The position numbers and the translations under genes were made by a program. The notes beneath the pieces are model-generated. The model did no database searches and was not told where the DNA came from. It worked only from the letters and a program-made list of their open reading frames with translations. A DNA stretch of 64,000 nucleotides from Terriglobia bacterium (GTDB lineage Bacteria > Acidobacteriota > Terriglobia > Acidiferrales > UBA7541), in NCBI GenBank assembly GCA_963695545.1, contig OY968796.1:3744001-3808000 (forward strand), given 5' to 3'. Shown piece after piece: positions 1 to 7,701 of this stretch. Position 1 is the stretch's first letter. The number at the start of each line of letters is the position of its first letter.

Positions 1-855
1 TCCTCGTCCCGCACCACGCCCACCGACGACCGCTACGTCCGCGCCCTCGAATCCGGCCAAGTCCTCTTTTTCCCCACTCCTCCCATCGATCTCCCCAACG
101 CGGACCGCGATTTCCTGGTCGCACAGCGCCGCGGCGATTCCGCCGTCCACAAAAACGTTTCCTTCCGCCCCTCCACCGGCATTCTCCGCGGCTGGTCCGG
201 CGACCGCGACACCCGCGACCGCCTCTGCGCCGTCCTCGGCGAATTCTCCGCCCGCGCCCGCGCTTTCGTCTGTGCCTTCCTCCCCGCCTACGCCGCCGGC
301 CTCCAAATGGACTACACCAGCTTCCGCCCCCTCGAAGAAGCAGGCCGCCAATTGCCTCTCCACAAACGCAACGATCTCCTGCACGTTGACGCCTTCCCCA
401 GCCGCCCCACGCGCGGCGGACGCATCCTGCGCTTCTTCATCAATCTTCATCCCGAAAAAAAACGCGTCTGGAACGTCGGCCAGCCCTTCGACATTCTGGC
501 GCGGCAATACGCCGCCGACGCCGGCCTCGAAAAAATCGCCGGCAATCGCGGCGGCTCGATCTGGCGCCGTTTCGCCATAGGCCGCGCCCGCTATTCCGCC
601 TACGACCGCTTCATGCTCCACTTTCACGATTACCTCAAAGAAAATTCCGCCTATCAATCCACCGGCGAAAAAACGCGTCTCGAATTTCCTCCCGGCTCCG
701 CCTGGCTCGCCTACACCGACGGCGTCCCCCATGCCGTGCTCTCCGGCCAGCACGCCATCGAACAAACCTTCATCATTCCCCCCGCGTCCCTCGTCGCCCC
801 CGAGCACGCCCCCATCCGCGTCCTCGAATCCCTCGCCGGCCACCCCCTCGCCTAA
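1..855 (+). CDS. Kdo hydroxylase family protein (KdoO-like Fe(II)/2OG dioxygenase), 5' end outside window
   Basis: Frame 1 is open from base 1 to TAA at 855; motifs LHVDAFPSRPTRGGRILRFFINLHP, YDRFMLHFHDYLK and TDGVPHAVLSGQHAIEQTF match this family. Confidence 0.85.
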   Translation, partial: SSSRTTPTDDRYVRALESGQVLFFPTPPIDLPNADRDFLVAQRRGDSAVHKNVSFRPSTGILRGWSGDRDTRDRLCAVLGEFSARARAFVCAFLPAYAAGLQMDYTSFRPLEEAGRQLPLHKRNDLLHVDAFPSRPTRGGRILRFFINLHPEKKRVWNVGQPFDILARQYAADAGLEKIAGNRGGSIWRRFAIGRARYSAYDRFMLHFHDYLKENSAYQSTGEKTRLEFPPGSAWLAYTDGVPHAVLSGQHAIEQTFIIPPASLVAPEHAPIRVLESLAGHPLA

Positions 856-1041
856 GTCATTGCCGAATTAATTTCCGCCCCTCGCTCGTCATCTCTTCGC
901 GCGTTGCCCTCTCTTAAGGATGGAGGAACTTCAGCCCGTGTAAAAAAACGTCCCTACATTCGTGGCGCCTTAGCCCCCGAAGCGTTCCGCAGTACAGCGG
1001 CCCAGTACCTGTACCGGCATCCCGCGCACCCCTCCGTTCAA

Positions 1042-1111
1042 TGTATTCGAATACAGTAAACATCATTTTCTTGTTGACACTCTGGTAAGCAACGTGCTAA
1101 TCTCTCGCATG
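1042..1111 (+). promoter_or_regulatory. sigma70-type promoter with upstream palindrome (dispersed element copy A)
   Basis: Perfect palindrome TGTATTCGAATACA 1042-1055; TTGACA 1074-1079, 18 nt, TGc-TAATCT 1098-1103, then GCATG; same layout at copies B and C. Confidence 0.65.
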
Positions 1112-1170
1112 ACACACCGGCAATCCATCCCGTTTGACGCCGGCATCCGTCCCGGTTCCTCGTTTTTCGC

Positions 1171-1276
1171 CGCAACGCTTGTGTTTTCAATCGATTCCAA
1201 ACTGCTCGTGCACACATTTCTCGCAACTCACGTATTTACATCGCATTACGAACTGCCTACCCGGGGTACCCCCCCT
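1171..1276 (+). repeat. Core of dispersed repeat element, copy A
   Basis: 1185-1276 aligns ungapped to 52351-52442 (73/92 by manual count) and to the reverse complement of 26896-26987; two internal 35-bp units at 1171 and 1222. Confidence 0.85.
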
Positions 1277-1301
1277 TATCTCACCTAGAATGGAGCCTCA
1301 C

Positions 1302-1814
1302 ATGACCAAGAAAAACGCGAACTCCCGCACCATCCTCAAGTTGTCTCGCTGCCTGCGCCGCTTCCCCAACGGCAGCCGTTGCCGTCTCCCCATCGCCGAC
1401 CAATCCTCCTACTATTGCGAGCGCCACGCCCATCTTTCACAACCCGGCGAAGCTCCTCTCGATCTCTTCCGCGAACTCAGCGCCGACGTCGATGAATTCA
1501 CGTCTGCCTCCGACGTCAATCAATTTCTCTCCAATCTTCTGCGCCTTCTCTCGCAGGATCGCATCTCCCCGCGCCGTGGCGCCGTCCTCGCCTACACCTG
1601 CAATCTCCTCCTCCACACCCTCCGCGCCATCCAGCACGAACTCGAAGCAGCCGATAGCGCCGCGAATCAAACCACACAAATCATCTTTGACATGCCCCGC
1701 CCCGACTGCGAAAGGCAAGCTCCCATGGCGGCGGAGCCCGACTCCGTCCGTCTCGCCCCGGCGAGAGACATTCGCGCGTCCGAGCCCGGAGGAAAATCGA
1801 GTCAATCAGGTTAA
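1302..1814 (+). CDS. Hypothetical CCCH zinc-finger protein (paralogue of 26440..26871)
   Basis: GGAG RBS at 1292-1295, ATG 1302; C-x9-C-x11-C-x2-H motif; about two-thirds identical to the second copy. Confidence 0.8.
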   Translation: MTKKNANSRTILKLSRCLRRFPNGSRCRLPIADQSSYYCERHAHLSQPGEAPLDLFRELSADVDEFTSASDVNQFLSNLLRLLSQDRISPRRGAVLAYTCNLLLHTLRAIQHELEAADSAANQTTQIIFDMPRPDCERQAPMAAEPDSVRLAPARDIRASEPGGKSSQSG

Positions 1815-1847
1815 GATGTGCCCGCAGATTGAGCGCTTGGAGAAACA

Positions 1848-3200
1848 ATGGCGCGAGAACGACTACTAGTCATCGGAGGCGTGGCGGCCGGAATGAGCGC
1901 GGCGAGCCGCGCTCGCCGCCACGATTCCAATCTCGAAATCGTGGTCCTCGAGCAAGGCTCGGACGTCTCCTACGGCGCGTGCGGACTTCCCTACTACATT
2001 TCCGGCCGCGTAGCCGAGGCGCACGACCTCGTAGTCTACACGGCCGATTTTTTCCGCAAGAATCGCGAGATCGACGTCCGCTTGCGCCACAAAGCCGTCG
2101 GCATCGAACCCGGCCGCCGCGCCGTGCAAGTGGAAGCCGAACACGGCCAAAAACTCGAATTGCATTACGACACCCTAGTGCTCGCGACCGGCGGCGCCGC
2201 GAAGGAAACCGTGCCCGGCTCTGAGCGCGAGAACGTATTCACGTGCGGCGATCTCGCTTCCGCCGTTCGCCTGCGCGATTTTCTCGACGCGAAAAAGCCG
2301 CGCCGCGCCGCAATCATCGGCTCGGGTTACATCGGCCTTGAAATCGCCGATGCCCTCGTATCGCGCGGCCTTGAAGTCACCATCCTCGAGCGCTCGGACG
2401 CCGTAATTGACGGGCTCGAGCCCGAGATCGCCGCCGAAATCGAGCGCGTGCTCGCCACGCACGGCGTCGCTCTTCTGAAACGCGCGCCGGCCAAGCAAAT
2501 CACGGGCTCCGCCGGCGGCGTGGCGACAACCGTGCAGCACGGCTTGGCGGGAACTCTGCCGACGGACCTTGTGATTCTCGCCACCGGAATCCGTCCGCGC
2601 ACGGCGTTAGCGGTAGCGGCTGGAATCGCTCTGGGCCGCACCAGCGCCATCGCCGTGGACGACGCGATGCGCACAAATATCAACGGAATATACGCGGCTG
2701 GCGATTGCACCGAAGTGCAGCACTTGGTTGCAGGCACGGCCGCATATCTTCCCCTCGGCACCACGGCGAATAAGCAAGGCCGCGTCGCCGGAGAAAACGC
2801 CGCCGGCGGACGCGCGCGATTTCCAGGCGTGGTCGGAACGCTCGTGACGCATCTGTTTGAACTTGAGATCGGCAAAACGGGGCTGTCGTTCGAGCAGGCT
2901 CGCGGCTACGGATTCGATGCCGCAACCGTCGCCATCACCACGGTCTCGCGCGCGAAATATTTCGGCGGCAAACCGCTCCTCGCGAAAATCGTGTGGGATA
3001 AACCCACAGGTCGCTTCCTGGGCGCCCAGTTCGCTGGACAAGACGGCGCCGCGAAGCGCGTCGACGCCGCGGCGATGGCCTTGCAAGCGCGAATGCGCGT
3101 AGCCGATCTTTTATATTCCGACCTCGGCTACGCGCCGCCCTTTGCGGGAGTGTGGGAAGCGCTGCTAATCGCCGCGAATGAAGCGATGAAGCAAAAGTAG
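1848..3200 (+). CDS. FAD-dependent pyridine nucleotide-disulfide oxidoreductase, CoA-disulfide reductase/NADH oxidase family
   Basis: GGVAAG FAD motif, SYGACGLPY redox Cys motif, GSGYIG NAD(P)H motif, IYAAGD, DLGYAPPF. Confidence 0.9.
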   Translation: MARERLLVIGGVAAGMSAASRARRHDSNLEIVVLEQGSDVSYGACGLPYYISGRVAEAHDLVVYTADFFRKNREIDVRLRHKAVGIEPGRRAVQVEAEHGQKLELHYDTLVLATGGAAKETVPGSERENVFTCGDLASAVRLRDFLDAKKPRRAAIIGSGYIGLEIADALVSRGLEVTILERSDAVIDGLEPEIAAEIERVLATHGVALLKRAPAKQITGSAGGVATTVQHGLAGTLPTDLVILATGIRPRTALAVAAGIALGRTSAIAVDDAMRTNINGIYAAGDCTEVQHLVAGTAAYLPLGTTANKQGRVAGENAAGGRARFPGVVGTLVTHLFELEIGKTGLSFEQARGYGFDAATVAITTVSRAKYFGGKPLLAKIVWDKPTGRFLGAQFAGQDGAAKRVDAAAMALQARMRVADLLYSDLGYAPPFAGVWEALLIAANEAMKQK

Positions 3201-3237
3201 CGCGCAGTCCGCCGCGATGCCGACCGCGCGGAGGCAA

Positions 3238-3420
3238 CTAGATTTGATCCCTGAGCCAGGACTCGCGATGTTTCGGGGCCTTGCGCCGCCTGTCGGGGAT
3301 CACGCGCTCGGCCGGAGGCGAGCCGGCGGCCTCTCGGGCTCGCCGGCGCGCTTCCGCGCCAACCGTGAATTTAGGTTTGGTTCGAGCTACTTTGCGCGCG
3401 CTCGGTTTCTTTCGCGCCAT
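3238..3420 (-). CDS. Small basic hypothetical protein
   Basis: 60-aa Arg/Lys-rich ORF directly downstream of and co-directional with Bcp. Confidence 0.6.
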   Translation of the reverse strand: MARKKPSARKVARTKPKFTVGAEARRRAREAAGSPPAERVIPDRRRKAPKHRESWLRDQI

Positions 3421-3459
3421 GATTCCACTCGGCGTCGGGCTAATCGTTCCGCCCGCGGC

Positions 3460-4068
3460 CTAGTTCGCGCGCGAGAACGCCGGAACGTAGAGCGACGCTG
3501 TTTTTTGCAGATCGGCGAGCGCTGCCAGCACTTGCTGGCTGTGCCCCGTGGGATTAACGGCGATGAATTCTTTGACGATCACGCCCTCAGGATTGATGAT
3601 GAAGGTGTTCCGCGAGGCGTGCACGAAAGTGCCGTTGGTGGCAAGCGAACCGTATTTGGCGGAGACTTCATGCGCGACATCAGCGAGGAGCTTGAAGTTC
3701 AGGCCCTCCTTCGCGCAGAAATCTTTGTGCGAGTCAGACGTATCCACGCTGACGCCGATGACCACGGCGTTGATCTTCGCGTACTGGTCGATGTCGGTCT
3801 GGAAGCTGTGCGCTTCAATCGTGCAGCCGGTGGTGAAATCTTTGGGATAGAAATAGAGCACCACCCACTTGCCGCGAAAATCTTTTAGCGAAGTGGGCGT
3901 GCCGTCCTGCGAATTTAGAGTGAATTCGGGCGCCTTGGTGCCCTCGGCGGGAGGCGCGGCGGTGGGTTGATCGTCGGCGCGAACGACAGCGAAAGCGAAC
4001 AGCAACAGCGCTGCGGACAGCGCCGACAACACAGCGGCTCGTGCGCCGCGGCTTGAAACGTTAGTCAT
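3460..4068 (-). CDS. bcp: Peroxiredoxin (Bcp/PrxQ type) with signal peptide
   Basis: VVLYFYPKDFTTGCTIEA peroxidatic motif; AGGAG RBS before ATG 4068; hydrophobic N-terminus ending VRA. Confidence 0.88.
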   Translation of the reverse strand: MTNVSSRGARAAVLSALSAALLLFAFAVVRADDQPTAAPPAEGTKAPEFTLNSQDGTPTSLKDFRGKWVVLYFYPKDFTTGCTIEAHSFQTDIDQYAKINAVVIGVSVDTSDSHKDFCAKEGLNFKLLADVAHEVSAKYGSLATNGTFVHASRNTFIINPEGVIVKEFIAVNPTGHSQQVLAALADLQKTASLYVPAFSRAN

Positions 4069-4101
4069 AGAAGTTCTCCTTTGCGCCAATAGTATGGACC
4101 T

Positions 4102-7100
4102 TCACCAGAGCAGTTTCAAACCGAACTGAATCTGGCGCGAGGTCGTGGTGGTCGAGGAGATGACTCCGGCGGTGGGCGAAAGCGCCGTGGCCGATGTGAA
4201 GATCACTGGGTTGGGCTCGTTGAAATTGGCGTGATTCAGAATGTTGAAAAATTCGGCGCGGAATTGCAGCGCCAGCCGCTCTTTGATTGGGAACTTGCGG
4301 TCGATGGAAAAATCGAGCGACGTGAGGCCCGGACCCGTGAGCGAATCGCGCCCGGCGTCGCCGTAAGTGCCAGCGACCGGAGCAGAGTACGCTGCGGGAT
4401 TGAAATATTCGTTGGGCTCGCCGAGGATCTTGGAGCCGGAGAACGACGGATTGATGTTGGACCGCACAGGGTTGCGCGTATCGCCGTCGTTCGTCGGGTT
4501 GTAGCCGAGTTGCGGCGTGAACGGAAAGCCGCTCTGAATGGTCAGGATGCCGCTCGCCGACCAATCTTCGGCGAGGCGATCGAGGAGAGCGTGCGCGGCG
4601 TCTGCGGCTCCGGCCGCATGCTTGAACGGCAGCGCCCATGTGCCATTCAAGACGGCCGAATGCGTGGCGTCGAAAGTAGACCGGCTCCAATCGGCGCTGG
4701 GATCGAGCGGATTCGCCGTGAACGCAGGCGAGCTGGTGGAAATGCTGGTGTTCACGGTGTCGCCGTCGTCCTCGCTTTTTGAATAGGTGTAAACCCCGCG
4801 GAATTGCAGGCCGTGACTGAAATTGCGGCGCAGATCCACTTGCAGCGCGTTGTAAGAGCTGTCGCCTTCGGAGAACCACGACGTGGTGTTGGCCACGGCG
4901 GAATTCGCGAGCGGCGAGCCGGCGGCGATGTATTCGGTTCCCGCGGGGAGCGATGCGCAAGCAGCGACGGCGGAGTCTGGGCAGAAGACCGGAACCGGAA
5001 CGTTGGCGTCGATCGAAAGCAATTCGTGATAGCCGTGCGAGCCGACGTAACCGACGCTGAGCGAGGTGCTGAGCGAAAGTTGCTGCTCGATTTTCAGCGA
5101 GTAGGATTCGACGGTCGGCGTCAAAAGATTTGGCTGAACGCCGGAAGGCGAGATCAGCGCGCCGGCGGGTAACGCGCCGCCCGGCATGATGGGAGTGTCA
5201 CTCGAAAGCGGCTTGCTCTTGATGGTGTACACGGTGTTGTACGGCCCGTTCTGATCGGCGCGATAACTCAAATTATCGAGCAGCGCGTCGTAGACGCCGA
5301 AGCCGCCATCCACCACGGTTTTGTGCGAGCCGAAAGGAGACCAGGAGATTCCCACGCGAGGCTCGGGCAGGAATTTTGCGTTGTTCACCGCGAGCAGAGA
5401 ATTTCCGACCGTGGGAGTGGAATCGATCACGCCGTCGGTGAAATCATAATTCGAGGCGCGGCCGCCCTGTTCGTTCCACCCGTTGGTCGATTCGGCGCGA
5501 AACGCCAGGCGCACTTCGAGATTTGGACGCAGCTTGATCACGTCTTGCGCGTAGTACGCCGCTTCCAGCGAGCGCCAGCCAAGCGGCGTGGGAGTGGGCG
5601 CGACGACGAAACTCGAAACCGTGCCCTGCAGGAAAGTGGTGAGCGAGGTGAACGTCGCCGAGCCGTATTGATCTTGAGCGAGTTCATCGTTGGCCTGAAG
5701 ACGCTCGAACCACACGCCGAGCTCGATCAGATGATTTCCGTGAGTGATCGTCACCTGATCTTCCTCGGTGAACAGATTGCGCACGGCGTGCAGATTGTCT
5801 CCGGCGTTGGTTCCAGCCGAGGTGATTGCCGACGGAGAATTCGGCGCCGTGCTGCCGCCGACGACCACGACGCCAATCGGCTCGCCGGTGACGAAGCCGG
5901 GCAGATCGATGAGCGAATCGCCATTGAAATAAAACGCGGCGCGAGAAAAGCCGACGGTCGCTTTGTTGAGAACGGACGGAGAAAACAAATGCGTTTCGGA
6001 AAGACTCAGCACTTGCTCGCGCAGCGATTCGGTGTCGTAACTGAGCGGATCGGCGGTGGGCGTGTTGTCCGCGCTATCGTCAATTGTGTAGACGATGTCG
6101 GAACTGTCCTTGGCCGAAGACGTGTGGTCCAAACGCGCGGTGCCGAAATCTTCGCGAATGGCCTGCAAAGGATGGCTGAAATCTTCGGCGATGCCGCAAC
6201 CGAGATCGGGTCCATTGGCGACGGGCCAAAGTGCGAGCAGCGGCGCGACGCTTGGGGCGACGCCGACGTGCGTCAGCGATGTAGACGACGTGCTGGGGCA
6301 AGCGGAAGGAACGTAACCCTGCAGCGCTTCGGCGTCGGGAACGAATGTGACGTCGCTCACGCCGAGGTGCTGGCGGAAACCTTCGTAGTTGGCGAAGAAG
6401 AAAGTTTTGTCTTTTTGGATCGGGCCGCCCAGCGCGCCGCCGAAAACGTTGCGCTCGAACGGCGGAATCGCGCCCTGATCGAAAAAGTTGCGCGCGTCGA
6501 GATCGCTGTTGCGCAGAAATTCGTAGACGCTGCCGTGCAGTTCATTCGCGCCGGATTCGGTGACGATGTTCACTTGCGCGCCGGGCCGCTTGCCGTACTC
6601 AGCACCGTACGTGTCGGTGACCACGGCGAATTCGCGCACGCCATCGACGCCCAGCAATTGGCCGCTTGCGCCGCCGGGAGTGTTGTCGATTTCGGATGCG
6701 CCGGTGAATTCGACGCCGTTCAGCAGGAATAGATTTTCCTGCGGCCTGCGGCCCGAGACGGCGAACATGTTGCCGACGACGGAGTTCGATGTGCCGACGG
6801 TGCCAGAGCGCTCGGCGGAATAATTCACGATGCCGGGGTTGAGAGTGATTAACTGATCGTAGCTGCGGCCGTTCAGCGGCAGATCCTTCACTTGTCGCTC
6901 GCCGACCAAACCCGATGGCTCGTCGGTCGATACGCTGACGACAGGATTGGTATCTTGAACTTTTACAACTTGCTGAACCGCGCCGACGGCGAGCGCCACG
7001 GTGACTTCACGGCGCTGGCCGACGACGAGCGTGATGCCCGAGCGGTCTTCAGGCTTGAAGCCCGGCTTCGTGATCGTGACTTCATAGTTGCCGACCGCCA

Positions 7101-7383
7101 GCGCCGGAGCGTCATAACGGCCCGAGCCATCCGTAATGAGATTGCGCGCAACGCCGGTCTCAAGGTCCGTGACCGTGACAGTTGCGCCCGGCACCGCGGC
7201 GCCAGTGGAATCGGTAACCGCGCCCCAGATCGAAGACTCGCCGACCTGGGCGCCCGCGCCCGTGGCCCAGCCGAAAAGCAGCGCCAGGAGAGCGAGCAAA
7301 ACCGCGACAATTTGCAGCTGATCTACTCTTGTTTCTCTGCTGCTGCGACGACTTCCATTGAATCTTATAGTTCTCGCGCTCAT
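4102..7383 (-). CDS. TonB-dependent receptor, Oar-like, with N-terminal carboxypeptidase regulatory-like domain
   Basis: GAVTDSTGAAVPGATVTV, DLPLNGRSY, C-terminal RQIQFGLKLLW; AGGAGA SD before ATG 7383. Confidence 0.92.
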   Translation of the reverse strand: MSARTIRFNGSRRSSRETRVDQLQIVAVLLALLALLFGWATGAGAQVGESSIWGAVTDSTGAAVPGATVTVTDLETGVARNLITDGSGRYDAPALAVGNYEVTITKPGFKPEDRSGITLVVGQRREVTVALAVGAVQQVVKVQDTNPVVSVSTDEPSGLVGERQVKDLPLNGRSYDQLITLNPGIVNYSAERSGTVGTSNSVVGNMFAVSGRRPQENLFLLNGVEFTGASEIDNTPGGASGQLLGVDGVREFAVVTDTYGAEYGKRPGAQVNIVTESGANELHGSVYEFLRNSDLDARNFFDQGAIPPFERNVFGGALGGPIQKDKTFFFANYEGFRQHLGVSDVTFVPDAEALQGYVPSACPSTSSTSLTHVGVAPSVAPLLALWPVANGPDLGCGIAEDFSHPLQAIREDFGTARLDHTSSAKDSSDIVYTIDDSADNTPTADPLSYDTESLREQVLSLSETHLFSPSVLNKATVGFSRAAFYFNGDSLIDLPGFVTGEPIGVVVVGGSTAPNSPSAITSAGTNAGDNLHAVRNLFTEEDQVTITHGNHLIELGVWFERLQANDELAQDQYGSATFTSLTTFLQGTVSSFVVAPTPTPLGWRSLEAAYYAQDVIKLRPNLEVRLAFRAESTNGWNEQGGRASNYDFTDGVIDSTPTVGNSLLAVNNAKFLPEPRVGISWSPFGSHKTVVDGGFGVYDALLDNLSYRADQNGPYNTVYTIKSKPLSSDTPIMPGGALPAGALISPSGVQPNLLTPTVESYSLKIEQQLSLSTSLSVGYVGSHGYHELLSIDANVPVPVFCPDSAVAACASLPAGTEYIAAGSPLANSAVANTTSWFSEGDSSYNALQVDLRRNFSHGLQFRGVYTYSKSEDDGDTVNTSISTSSPAFTANPLDPSADWSRSTFDATHSAVLNGTWALPFKHAAGAADAAHALLDRLAEDWSASGILTIQSGFPFTPQLGYNPTNDGDTRNPVRSNINPSFSGSKILGEPNEYFNPAAYSAPVAGTYGDAGRDSLTGPGLTSLDFSIDRKFPIKERLALQFRAEFFNILNHANFNEPNPVIFTSATALSPTAGVISSTTTTSRQIQFGLKLLW

Positions 7384-7512
7384 GATCCCCGGTCTCCTTG
7401 GGCGTCCGTAGCGCACACGTTCGAGTGTGCGGATCGTTACAGCTTGGCTTTTGGTTTGCGGCAGGCCCTTGGGGTCTGCCAACTTCGGACGGACTACTTA
7501 ACTAGAGGAGAC
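7384..7512 (-). promoter_or_regulatory. Structured 5' leader able to sequester the receptor SD
   Basis: Nested pairings: 7512-7506 with SD 7398-7392, 7494-7489 with 7409-7404, hairpins 7480-7460 and 7431-7412. Confidence 0.65.
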
Positions 7513-7588
7513 AACGACAACAGCAACAACAACAGGCCGAGGTTGCCTGCCGGAGAGAAGAAACGCGGGAAGTGGATATACGTATCAT
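7502..7588 (-). CDS. Polycysteine leader peptide, 28 aa, MIRISTSRVSSLRQATSACCCCCCRCLL
   Basis: ATG 7588 to TAG 7502; codons TGT TGT TGT TGC TGT TGT CGT TGT; lies between promoter and receptor gene. Confidence 0.8.
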   Translation of the reverse strand: MIRISTSRVSSLRQATSACCCCCCRCLL

Positions 7589-7607
7589 CGCAGCAATCTA
7601 CAAAATA

Positions 7608-7636
7608 ATTTTACGGAGCGTCGAAGTTGTAGTCAA
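7608..7636 (-). promoter_or_regulatory. sigma70-type promoter for leader peptide and receptor
   Basis: TTGACT (7636-7631), 17 nt, TAAAAT (7613-7608). Confidence 0.7.
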
Positions 7637-7701
7637 CCGATATTTCGGGCGCTCCATCGCGAGGTGAAAATGTCCGGACAGGAGATCACAAATTCAAACT
7701 G

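Noticed and set aside
7495..7560. Val-rich or Leu-rich leader peptide from the same (TGT)n tract
   Set aside because: The ATG just after the promoter is in the Cys frame; the Val and Leu runs are by-products of the same tract in other frames.
7384..7600. Cobalamin or other known riboswitch before the receptor
   Set aside because: No B12-box or other recognisable aptamer core; the Cys leader explains the region better.
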